Source: Minisyncoccota bacterium (lineage in GTDB: Bacteria; Patescibacteriota; Minisyncoccia; UBA6257; Colwellbacteraceae). Taken from it: a stretch of 33,701 nt of DNA. Within the stretch, counting starts at the first letter, position 1. The number at the start of each line of letters is the position of its first letter. Of this stretch, positions 22,215-30,689 are shown piece by piece. The position numbers were made by a program, and so were the translations under genes. The DNA is taken from contig DATDUH010000010.1 in NCBI GenBank assembly GCA_036517755.1, forward strand, positions 1-33,701, written 5' to 3'. The notes below the pieces were generated by a model. That model saw only the letters and a list, made by a program, of their open reading frames with translations, was not told the DNA's origin and ran no database searches.

Positions 22215-24086
22215 ATGCCCAAGATACTAGGAATTGATTTAGGCACCACGAACTCGGCCATAGCCGTGGTCGAGGGCGGTGAGCCGCGGATTCTAGAGAA
22301 TGCCGAGGGCAATCGAACCACGCCTTCGGTTACAGCTATTTCCCGTTCCGGCGAAAGACTGGTTGGCCTTTTAGCTAAAAGGCAGTCTATTACGAACCCG
22401 GCAAACACGATTTTTTCAGTTAAGCGCTTGATCGGTCGGCGGTTTTCTGATCCAGCAGTCGAGCGCGATAAAAGCTGGCTTCCGTTTGAGTTGAGAGAGG
22501 CGGCTGATGGGGGGGTGGAAATTAAAATGTCAGATCGTTGGTACAAACCCGAAGAGATCTCGGCCATGATTCTTGCCAAATTAAAAGCTGACGCCGAAGC
22601 CAAGCTAGGGGAACCAATTGAGGAGGCGGTGATTACGGTGCCGGCTTATTTTGACGACTCCCAAAGGCAGGCCACTAAAAACGCGGGCGAAATTGCCGGA
22701 TTCCGCGTGCGTCGGATTATTAATGAGCCGACCGCGGCCGCTTTGGCCTACGGTCTTGATAAACAGAAAAACGAGCAAATCGTGGTTTATGATTTTGGCG
22801 GCGGCACTTTTGATATTTCAGTGCTCGAGGTGGGTGACAATGTGGTTGAGGTTAAAGCCACCGGCGGTGATACCCATCTCGGCGGTGATGACTTTGATAA
22901 AAAAATTATTGACGAACTAGTAGCTGAATATAAAAAACAGGAGGGGATTGATATTAGTAAAGATCCATTGGCCCTTCAGCGATTAAAAGAAGCGGTTGAG
23001 AGAGCTAAACACGAGCTTTCAACTTCGCTCGAAACCGAGATTAATCTGCCCTACATCAGTTCAGATGCTTCTGGGCCCAAACATTTCTTAATGAAACTAA
23101 CTCGGGCCAAACTTGAGGAATTAGTCAGGGAGTATATTGACCGCTCGATCAAGCTAGTGGAAGAAACGGTAACAGCCGCGCCGCCCAAAGGAGCAGGATT
23201 GAAACTTGAAGATATTGATGAACTAATTCTTGTTGGCGGTCAGACCCGAATGCCAGCCATGCGGGAAGCGGTTAAGAATCTTTTTAGCAAGGAACCTCAT
23301 CTCTCAATTAATCCTGATGAAGTGGTAGCCATCGGCGCCGCGGTCCAGGCCGGCATTTTCCAAGGCGATATTAAAGACGTGCTCTTACTTGATGTGACGC
23401 CGCTCTCCTTAGGACTTGAAACTTTGGGCGGGATCTTCACCCGATTAGTTGATAAAAATACCACTATCCCCACTGCCAAAACCCAGATTTTTTCAACCGC
23501 CGCTGATAACCAAACTTCGGTCGAGATTCACGTGCTTCAAGGGGAAAGGGGAATGGCGGTTGATAATAAAACCCTGGCCAAGTTTCATTTAGATGGTATC
23601 CCGCCGGCTGCTCGAGGTATGCCTCAGGTCGAGGTCACTTTTGATATTGATGCGAACGGCATTCTAAACGTTAAAGCGGCTGATAAAGCGACTGGTAAAA
23701 GCCAAGAGGTGAGGGTTGAAGCCTCAACTGCCTTAAGTAAAGAGGAGGTGGGACGATTGAAGACCGAGGCTGAAATTCATGCTGGCGAGGACAGAAAGAA
23801 AAGGGAATTGGCTGAAGTCAGAAATCAGGCCGAGGCACTTCTTTATACAGCTGAAAAAACTCTTAGAGAAAACGGGGAGAAGATTAAAGCCGAGCTTAAA
23901 GAGGAGGTGACGAAGAAAACCGAGGAGTTGAAGAAAGCGATCCCCGGCAATAATAAAGCCGAAATAGATTCGGCCGTAGCCAACCTTTCTTCTGCACTTC
24001 AAAAAATCGGCGAATCATTGTACAAAGAGAACAAGGAAGACGATGAGTCTTCCACTCCTGAAGGTGGAACTACCCAAGGCAGTTAG
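22215..24086 (+). CDS. dnaK: Molecular chaperone DnaK (Hsp70)
   Basis: 623 aa. [26 protein letters not shown] and other Hsp70 signatures. Confidence 0.97.
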   Translation: MPKILGIDLGTTNSAIAVVEGGEPRILENAEGNRTTPSVTAISRSGERLVGLLAKRQSITNPANTIFSVKRLIGRRFSDPAVERDKSWLPFELREAADGGVEIKMSDRWYKPEEISAMILAKLKADAEAKLGEPIEEAVITVPAYFDDSQRQATKNAGEIAGFRVRRIINEPTAAALAYGLDKQKNEQIVVYDFGGGTFDISVLEVGDNVVEVKATGGDTHLGGDDFDKKIIDELVAEYKKQEGIDISKDPLALQRLKEAVERAKHELSTSLETEINLPYISSDASGPKHFLMKLTRAKLEELVREYIDRSIKLVEETVTAAPPKGAGLKLEDIDELILVGGQTRMPAMREAVKNLFSKEPHLSINPDEVVAIGAAVQAGIFQGDIKDVLLLDVTPLSLGLETLGGIFTRLVDKNTTIPTAKTQIFSTAADNQTSVEIHVLQGERGMAVDNKTLAKFHLDGIPPAARGMPQVEVTFDIDANGILNVKAADKATGKSQEVRVEASTALSKEEVGRLKTEAEIHAGEDRKKRELAEVRNQAEALLYTAEKTLRENGEKIKAELKEEVTKKTEELKKAIPGNNKAEIDSAVANLSSALQKIGESLYKENKEDDESSTPEGGTTQGS

Positions 24087-25011
24087 CAAACCCAGCTCGT
24101 TAACTACCGTTAAAGTTTATTCGCTGATCGGCTTAGTGACGGCCGTCGCCCTGGTCGCGAGTTATTTTTTTAGTATTGACCGGGTTTCAATCGGCGTTTT
24201 TCTAACGGTTGTTTTTCTATCCCTTTTTATTATTGAGGTCATACTTTTAGACGAGCGGCGCTACTTGCCTGGGGCGATTTTTGCCAATATCTTGGGCCTT
24301 AGTTTATTTTTCTTCCTCGCCTTTTCCTGGTTTTTTGTCGGGGCTCTCCTGGCGCTGGCGGTCTTTTTGGCTTTGGCTGCTTATCGGGGTAAGCGGGAGA
24401 TGAAAAATATGATTAAGATCCACTTTTTTAAGGCGAGCCGGATTATTTTGGGTTCAGCTATCACTGCCCTCGTCATATTTTTTAGCCTGCTTTTGGTTTT
24501 GAATAATGGATTCGCGGTTAAAAGACAAAGCGTTGATCGATTCGTTGAGGTGGCAATGACGCCCGTGCTCAGGCGTTACGTGCCTAGTTTTACGCCCGAG
24601 ATGAAAACCGGTGATTTTTTCAAAAGCATGGCTGAATCAGAGGCCGCCGGCCAGTCGGATTTTGCTAAGTTGTCCCCGAAAACCCGGACCCAGCTTATCA
24701 ATCAAGCAGCGGCCGAGAGCGAAAAACAATTCGAGGAATATCTCGGAGCTGAACTTGATCCCGAAGGAACAGTCAGCGGAAATATGTATAACGTGATTTC
24801 CTTCAAGCTCAAAGGCCTAACCCCCGAAGCCCGGCTTTATCTGGGCCTAGCCTTTGTCGGCATTATCTGGCTTTCAATTAAAAGCCTGGAATTCATTATC
24901 TACTTACCCCTGGCCCTACTCGCTTTTATCATTTACGAGTTGCTCTTTGTTTCCAACTTCATCGTGATTCAGTTGGAGCCGGGTAGCCGCGAGGTTGTCG
25001 CCATTAAGTAG
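24043..25011 (+). CDS. Hypothetical multi-pass membrane protein between dnaK and dnaJ (start uncertain)
   Basis: 322-aa ORF with several long hydrophobic helices at both ends and a polar middle. The track start overlaps dnaK by 44 nt. No family recognised. Confidence 0.55.
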   Translation: MSLPLLKVELPKAVSKPSSLTTVKVYSLIGLVTAVALVASYFFSIDRVSIGVFLTVVFLSLFIIEVILLDERRYLPGAIFANILGLSLFFFLAFSWFFVGALLALAVFLALAAYRGKREMKNMIKIHFFKASRIILGSAITALVIFFSLLLVLNNGFAVKRQSVDRFVEVAMTPVLRRYVPSFTPEMKTGDFFKSMAESEAAGQSDFAKLSPKTRTQLINQAAAESEKQFEEYLGAELDPEGTVSGNMYNVISFKLKGLTPEARLYLGLAFVGIIWLSIKSLEFIIYLPLALLAFIIYELLFVSNFIVIQLEPGSREVVAIK

Positions 25012-25033
25012 CTAATTTATAATAACTCCCGCG

Positions 25034-26107
25034 ATGAGAGATTATTACGAAATTTTGGGTGTTTCGCGGAACGCCTCTAGAGAGGAAATTAAAAAGGCTT
25101 ATCGCCGCTTGGCTCACGAACACCACCCGGATAAGGGCGGCGGCGATGGCGAGAAATTTAAAGAGATTAACGAGGCTTATCAGGTGCTTTCGGATGAAGA
25201 GAAGCGGCGTCAGTATGACCAGTTTGGCCAGGTTTTTGGCCCGGGGTTTGCCGGTGCTGGGGGGGCTGGTGGTCCTTGGAGTTGGAATGTTGACTTCGGT
25301 GATATTAGCGATTTCGCTGATTTTGAAGAAGTTTTTGGTGCCTTTTTTGAGGGCCTAGGCTTAGGTAAAAAGCGTCGCACTTATCGGCGGGGTTCGGATT
25401 TAGAACTGGGGCTTGAGTTGACCCTGGAGGAGGTAAAAGTCGGAAAAGTGGCTGAGGTTGAGTTTCGAAGCCAAGTTGAGTGTGTCAAATGCGCCGGCTT
25501 GGGGTATAAAGCCGAGGCCGGGCTTAAAAAATGCGATTACTGTGATGGCCGGGGCGAGATTAAAGAAGCCAAAAACACTTTCTTCGGCAGTTTCGCTCAA
25601 GTGGTAACTTGTAAATTCTGTCGCGGTTTAGGCCAGATCCCGAACGAAGCGTGTGCCGATTGCCGGGGCGAGGGCCGGGTTAAAGGTAAGAAAAAGATAA
25701 AAGTAGAAGTGAGAGCCGGCGTGGCTGGGGGCCAGATAATTAGGGTCAAAGGAATGGGAGAGGCTGGCGAGCGCCAAGCTGGTACCGGCGATCTTTACGT
25801 CAGGGTTAAAGTAAAACCCCATCCGATTTTCGAACGACGGGGTAATGATCTTTATCACCGCCCGATTATGGTGAGTTTGGTTGATTTGCTTTTGGGCAAG
25901 AAGCTCAAAATTAAAAATCTTGAGGGAAAGGAGATCGAAGTGGCGGTGCCGCCTGGTTCTGATTTGAACGAGGAAATTAGGGTTCGGGGCCAGGGGATGA
26001 CGAAAGACGGCGATTTGGTAATTAAACTTCAAGCCAAAACCCCAAAACACTTAAGCGCCAAAGCTAAAAAATTACTTGAGGATTTAAGAAGGGAATTAGG
26101 GGATTAG
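25034..26107 (+). CDS. dnaJ: Co-chaperone DnaJ
   Basis: J domain with HPD, a G/F region, and four CxxCxGxG repeats ([32 protein letters not shown]). Confidence 0.95.
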   Translation: MRDYYEILGVSRNASREEIKKAYRRLAHEHHPDKGGGDGEKFKEINEAYQVLSDEEKRRQYDQFGQVFGPGFAGAGGAGGPWSWNVDFGDISDFADFEEVFGAFFEGLGLGKKRRTYRRGSDLELGLELTLEEVKVGKVAEVEFRSQVECVKCAGLGYKAEAGLKKCDYCDGRGEIKEAKNTFFGSFAQVVTCKFCRGLGQIPNEACADCRGEGRVKGKKKIKVEVRAGVAGGQIIRVKGMGEAGERQAGTGDLYVRVKVKPHPIFERRGNDLYHRPIMVSLVDLLLGKKLKIKNLEGKEIEVAVPPGSDLNEEIRVRGQGMTKDGDLVIKLQAKTPKHLSAKAKKLLEDLRRELGD

Positions 26108-26129
26108 GGGATTAGGATCTCGGTTTTTG

Positions 26130-26202
26130 TCCGCCCGGCAGGATTCGAACCTGCGACCATCTGCTTAAAAGGCAGCTGCTCTACCAGCTGAGCTACGGGC
26201 GG
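26130..26202 (-). tRNA. tRNA-Lys (anticodon TTT)
   Basis: Reverse complement folds: acceptor ccgcccg/cgggcgg (C1:G72), D arm gctc-agctggta-gagc, anticodon loop ctTTTaa, T arm gcagg-ttcgaat-cctgc. Confidence 0.8.
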
Positions 26203-26294
26203 CCCTTGGGACTACCGGTACATTAATTTACCCCATTTAGATTCACTTTTCAAACTTGAACTCTCCAAATATAATAAGGTCTGATCATAATTTT

Positions 26295-27548
26295 ATGAAA
26301 TCCCGTAAGGCTAGTTTGGTTATTCTCGTCATGGTTCTTCTGCTTTCGGTGCTGGCGGGATTTTTTGTTTATCCGCGATATTTAGGAAGTAAATATCTGC
26401 CGTGGCGCTTGGGACTTGATCTCGTTGGTGGGACGAGCCTCGTCTATCAGGTTGATTTAGCTGACATTCCGACAGACCGCCATGATGAGACTGTTGCTGG
26501 TTTGAAAGAAGTGGTTGAAAAACGAGTTAATATTTTTGGCGTTACCGAACCGAAAGTAACGGTTGCCCAAAAAGGGGATAATTACGAATTACTCGTAGAT
26601 TTAGCCGGAGTTAAGGATTTAAAGGAGGCGGTGCGGTTGATTGGCGAAACACCGGTCTTAGATTTTCGAGAAGTGGTTCAGGTTGATGACCAGATTGCCT
26701 ATATCCCGACTCAACTGACTGGCCGTTATATTAATTCGGCGAGTCTCTCCTTCGACCAGCTGAATAAACCAGTGGTGGCCCTTGAATTCAATGAGGAAGG
26801 AGCGAAAATCTTTGAAGAATTGACGGCTCGGAATGTGGGTATGCCGCTTGCCATTTTTCTTGATAACGAATTGAAGGACGCGCCGATTGTTCAGGAGAAA
26901 ATCTCGGGCGGTCGGGCTCAAATCAGCGGCGGCGGGGCTGGTTTTACTGCTGATGAAGCCCGGCAGTTGGTTGAACGATTTAACGCCGGAGCCTTGGCCG
27001 CTCCGATTAAACTTATTAACCAAAGGACAGTAAGCCCCTCGGCTGCCGAAAACGCCCTAAGGGACATCATAGTTGCGGGACTCATCGGCACAGCCGTAGT
27101 CATGCTTTTTATGGTTCTTTATTACCGACTTTTCGGTGTTTTTGCCGTGCTGGCCCTTTCAATTTACGCAGTCTTGGCCCTGGCCCTTTTTAAAGTGATT
27201 CCCAATTTCACGATGACTTTAGCTGGAATCGCCGGTTTTATCCTTTCGATCGGGATGGCCGTTGATGCCAATATCTTGATTTTTGAGCGGACTAAAGAAG
27301 AAAAAAAGAGAGGATTGGCTCGGAAGGAGGCGATTGAAGAGGGTTTCCGGCGAGCCTGGCCCTCGATCAGGGATTCGAATACGACCACCATTATTACCTC
27401 CATCATCCTTTATTATTTCACCACCAGCTTTGTTAGGGGGTTTGCCTTGACCCTGGGACTCGGTGTCCTTCTAAGTATGTTTTCGGCTATCTTTGTGACC
27501 CGAACAATGTTAAGAGTTTTTCTTGAAACCGGAGAAGTCCGAACCTAA
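26295..27548 (+). CDS. secD: Protein translocase subunit SecD (ATG 26295 preferred; the track starts at TTG 26256)
   Basis: MKSRKASLVILV... TM anchor, LGLDLVGGTSLVY motif, periplasmic domain, six-TM C-terminal region with GIAGFILSIGMAVDANILIFER. Confidence 0.9.
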   Translation: MKSRKASLVILVMVLLLSVLAGFFVYPRYLGSKYLPWRLGLDLVGGTSLVYQVDLADIPTDRHDETVAGLKEVVEKRVNIFGVTEPKVTVAQKGDNYELLVDLAGVKDLKEAVRLIGETPVLDFREVVQVDDQIAYIPTQLTGRYINSASLSFDQLNKPVVALEFNEEGAKIFEELTARNVGMPLAIFLDNELKDAPIVQEKISGGRAQISGGGAGFTADEARQLVERFNAGALAAPIKLINQRTVSPSAAENALRDIIVAGLIGTAVVMLFMVLYYRLFGVFAVLALSIYAVLALALFKVIPNFTMTLAGIAGFILSIGMAVDANILIFERTKEEKKRGLARKEAIEEGFRRAWPSIRDSNTTTIITSIILYYFTTSFVRGFALTLGLGVLLSMFSAIFVTRTMLRVFLETGEVRT

Positions 27549-27549
27549 A

Positions 27550-28449
27550 ATGGAACGAATACTAAAATATAAAACTTTCTTTCTTTACTTCTCTCTGGCG
27601 ATGATTTTAGCTGGCGCCGTAAGCGTTTTGGTTTTCGGGTTTGAATTGGGGATCGACTTTAAGAGCGGCTCGCTTTGGCAGCTCGGAATTCCGAATACAA
27701 ACCCGGAACAAGTTAAAGAATTTTTCGTTACCGAGCTTAACCTCGGCGAAGTCAATGTGGCTTATGATTCAGCGAATCAAATTTACTCCATGTCCTTTCG
27801 AGAAATATCCGAAGCTGATCGCCAAACTTACCTGGGGTCGCTTCAAGAGCGTTTCGGCAACGAAGTTCAAGACTTGGACTTCTTAACTATTAGTCCTTCA
27901 ATTTCGGCAGAATTGAGACAAAAAGCCTTTTGGGCCATCGGTCTTGTGATGGTCGCCATTTCGATCTATCTGACCTTTGCTTTTCGCAAAGTTTCGCGGC
28001 CAATCAGTTCCTGGAAGTACGGATTGATTACCCTTATAACTCTGATTCATGACGTGGTTATCCCAGCCGGACTTTTTGCCTTTCTAGGTTATCTTTGGGG
28101 TATCACCATTGACACCAATTTCGTGGTTGCCCTGCTCGTGGTGATGGGATTTTCGGTTCACGACACCATTGTTGTTTTCGACCGAGTCCGGGAGAACCTG
28201 CTTATCTATAGAGACAAACTGAAGCTCTCGGAGATTGTGGACAAAAGTATTCTCGCCACGATTCACCGTTCAATTAATACCTCCTTGACCCTGGTTTTAG
28301 TCCTCGTTGCCCTCTATTTTATGGGGCCGTCGAGCATCCGGCTCTTTACCCTTGCCATTCTCGTGGGCGTTATAAATGGCACCTATTCTTCGATTTTTTT
28401 CGCGAGCCCCTTACTCTTGGTGGCTGAGAAAATAGGCCACCGGCGTTAG
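27550..28449 (+). CDS. secF: Protein translocase subunit SecF (ATG 27550 preferred; the track starts at 27523)
   Basis: GIDFKSGS motif and C-terminal TM bundle with HDVVIPAGLFA...GFSVHDTIVVFDRVREN. Starts 2 nt after the secD stop. Confidence 0.9.
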   Translation: MERILKYKTFFLYFSLAMILAGAVSVLVFGFELGIDFKSGSLWQLGIPNTNPEQVKEFFVTELNLGEVNVAYDSANQIYSMSFREISEADRQTYLGSLQERFGNEVQDLDFLTISPSISAELRQKAFWAIGLVMVAISIYLTFAFRKVSRPISSWKYGLITLITLIHDVVIPAGLFAFLGYLWGITIDTNFVVALLVVMGFSVHDTIVVFDRVRENLLIYRDKLKLSEIVDKSILATIHRSINTSLTLVLVLVALYFMGPSSIRLFTLAILVGVINGTYSSIFFASPLLLVAEKIGHRR

Positions 28450-28485
28450 GGCTAGCCCGGGTGACACCGATCGCCCTAGGGTTTA

Positions 28486-28494
28486 CCCCCCCCC
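28486..28494. repeat. Homopolymeric C9 tract in the secF / HTH-gene intergenic region
   Basis: acccccccccttttc, read directly. Confidence 0.9.
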
Positions 28495-28558
28495 TTTTCA
28501 AATCGGCCGTTTTATTGTAATATTGGGTTATTAACCGACTAAGGAAGGTTTCAGGCAC

Positions 28559-28564
28559 TATAAT
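28559..28564 (+). promoter_or_regulatory. -10 box TATAAT only 6 nt upstream of ATG 28571 (leaderless-type arrangement)
   Basis: Perfect hexamer. The -35 is weak (CCGACT, 18-nt spacer). No SD sequence is possible in the 6-nt gap. Confidence 0.4.
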
Positions 28565-28570
28565 GAAACA

Positions 28571-29407
28571 ATGCTAAGCACAAAAGAGGGTTTTGATCTC
28601 GATGCCTTAATTAATGAGGCGTTAGATCAGGCCGATAAAAGAACCAGGCGGATTGTGAGCCATCGTTACGGGCTCGAGGCACCGGAGACAAAGACTCTGG
28701 CTAAGCTGGGGGATGAATATGGTTTGACGAGAGAGCGGGTCAGACAGATTGAAGCCGCTTTTCTTGATTCGATTAGGGCTAAAATTAAGGCTCACGAGGA
28801 AGCCGCCAAATTTCTTAAACTGGTGGAGCAGTATCTTGCCGATGTCGGGGGACTCCGGCGAAGTGATTTTTTGGCTCGTGACTTTTCCATTATTCTCGAC
28901 GATAAACGCGGCGAAGATTTGCTTTACAACCAACTTCATTTTCTGGCTAAAGTTTTGGAAGAGCCCCTAATTAATCGACCGAACGAAGACTGGCATCTTG
29001 TTTGGTACACCGAACCAAAAGTTTTGGAGAGAGCCGAAGAACTGGTTCGCCATCTTTTGAACCTGGATAAACACGATTTTAATCGATATCTTGCAATTGT
29101 CGTTCCTAAATTTAAATTACCCGAACCCTTGATCGTAAACTATTTGACTCTTTCGAAAAGATTTGCCACCGGCCCCTACGGCGATTTGGGGGCTGATCAC
29201 TGGGTCCACGTGGCGCCGAAAACAGTGCGCGATAAGGCCTACCTCGTGCTCGAGAAATCTTCGAACCCGCTTCACTTTACCGAAATTGCTCGTTTAGTTA
29301 ATAGTTTAGATGAGCGGAAAAGGGCTCCGGCGACGGTTCACAATGAGTTAATTCGTGATCCGCGGTTTGTTTTGGTAGGTCGGGGCACTTACGCCATCAA
29401 TGATTGA
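28571..29407 (+). CDS. DNA-binding protein with an N-terminal sigma-70 region-4-like HTH and a C-terminal HARE-HTH-like domain
   Basis: N-terminus RRIVSHRYGLEAPETKTLAKLGDEYGLTRERVRQIEAAFLDSIR matches the sigma region 4.2 pattern. C-terminus HFTEIARLVNSL...ATVHNELIRDPRFVLVGRGTYAI matches the HARE-HTH pattern seen in the RNAP delta subunit. Both calls rest on motif recall, not a search. Confidence 0.55.
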   Translation: MLSTKEGFDLDALINEALDQADKRTRRIVSHRYGLEAPETKTLAKLGDEYGLTRERVRQIEAAFLDSIRAKIKAHEEAAKFLKLVEQYLADVGGLRRSDFLARDFSIILDDKRGEDLLYNQLHFLAKVLEEPLINRPNEDWHLVWYTEPKVLERAEELVRHLLNLDKHDFNRYLAIVVPKFKLPEPLIVNYLTLSKRFATGPYGDLGADHWVHVAPKTVRDKAYLVLEKSSNPLHFTEIARLVNSLDERKRAPATVHNELIRDPRFVLVGRGTYAIND

Positions 29408-30677
29408 GGAACTTCTTGATTCAGCCTTCGGATCTGTCGCGTCGCTTTGGTGGTTTATTTTACCAGTGGCCGCGGCCGCGATTTTTCGCGAGTGGTGGCT
29501 CGTTGATATTACCCGGGAATACATTTCGCGGATCGAGTGGATTCTCTTAGAGATTAAAGTTCCGCGAGAGAACTTAAAATCAGCCAAGGCGATGGAGTAT
29601 GTTTTTGCCTCCATCTACGGCACTCACAGCGGCGGCATTAAGCGAAAAGATCGTTATTTTAAAGGCAAGGTCGAGGACTGGATGTCGTTTGAAATCGTGG
29701 GTGAAGCCTCGGGCGTTCATTTTTATGTTCGTCTTCCAGCCAGCTATCGGAAGCTCTTTGAAACGGCATTCTTTTCCCAGTATCCGGAGGCCGAGATTGA
29801 AGTAGTCCCTGATTATGTGAATAAACTTCCTCAGATTTTACCAAACGAGAAATACGATATCTTCGGCACTGATTTTGTCTTAGCCAAAGAGGATGCCTAC
29901 CCTATCAAGACTTATCCATCCTTCGAGGCTAATCTGGAAGAGGAGATGATCGATCCGATTGCGGCAATTGTTGAGTCGGTCGCAAACCTAAAAGCAGATG
30001 AGATGCTTCTCCTCCAACTTTTAGCCAGACCAGCCGGCGACGATTGGGTTAAAAAAGGGAAAGAAGAAGTCGATAAATTATCTGGTCGAAAAAAAGAAGA
30101 AAAGAAAAATCGAGTTGGCTCAATCAGCGAATTTCTGAAGAATTTTATAGCGGCGCCGGTTAAGGTGCCGGAATGGGGTGCTTCTAAAGAAGAAAAAACT
30201 GAGGCACCTCGGTTTACCCCTGGCCAGCAGGATGCCCTGAAGGCGGTTGAAAATAAATTATCTAAGCTTGGCTTCGAAGCCATCTTGAGAGTTATCTATA
30301 TTGACAACCGGGATGCTTTTACGAGCGATAATGTTTCAGCGGCCTTTGGCGCTATTCGGCAGTTTAGCACTCATAATCTGAATGCTTTAAAGCCCAATTT
30401 TAAAACAATGACCGCGGCCACGTTGGTGGGGATAATTTTCCGTAAAGAAAGGCTGGAGAAAAGAAAAAGGTTCCTCTATTGGCATTATCTTCATCGAGAT
30501 ATGCCCCAACCAGTGCCGATTCGATTCGGTTTGCAGCTAAAAACCGCGGTTTTGAGTGTTGAAGAACTGGCCACGGTTTACCACTTGCCGACCACTGCCG
30601 TGACGCCGGCGAGAGTAAGAGCGCTTGAGGCGAGAAAGGGTGAGGCGCCGATTAACCTTCCGGTCATAGAGGAGTAG
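29400..30677 (+). CDS. Hypothetical membrane-anchored protein (425 aa), probable partner of the downstream ATPase
   Basis: One N-terminal TM helix (SLWWFILPVAAAAIF), then a large soluble region with a K/E-rich linker. ATGATTGA overlap with the upstream gene and a 12-nt gap to the downstream ATPase. Confidence 0.6.
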   Translation: MIEELLDSAFGSVASLWWFILPVAAAAIFREWWLVDITREYISRIEWILLEIKVPRENLKSAKAMEYVFASIYGTHSGGIKRKDRYFKGKVEDWMSFEIVGEASGVHFYVRLPASYRKLFETAFFSQYPEAEIEVVPDYVNKLPQILPNEKYDIFGTDFVLAKEDAYPIKTYPSFEANLEEEMIDPIAAIVESVANLKADEMLLLQLLARPAGDDWVKKGKEEVDKLSGRKKEEKKNRVGSISEFLKNFIAAPVKVPEWGASKEEKTEAPRFTPGQQDALKAVENKLSKLGFEAILRVIYIDNRDAFTSDNVSAAFGAIRQFSTHNLNALKPNFKTMTAATLVGIIFRKERLEKRKRFLYWHYLHRDMPQPVPIRFGLQLKTAVLSVEELATVYHLPTTAVTPARVRALEARKGEAPINLPVIEE

Positions 30678-30689
30678 AATGGGGTGTAG

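Noticed and set aside
26093-26115. A GGGGATTAG tandem word at the dnaJ stop, also seen as aggggattagggga near 4306-4319 inside rpmF.
   Set aside because: The shared stretch is only ~14 nt and both copies lie at or within coding sequence. A match of this length is within chance expectation for all-against-all comparison of a 34-kb window.
5086-30283. Numerous 60-160-aa antisense or off-frame track ORFs inside long conserved genes, for example 5086..5487, 6715..7032, 7603..8094, 15923..16405, 22199..22603, 25628..26050, 26658..27023 and 29912..30283.
   Set aside because: Each is fully embedded in a confidently identified gene. They have low-complexity or basic composition and no independent start signals.
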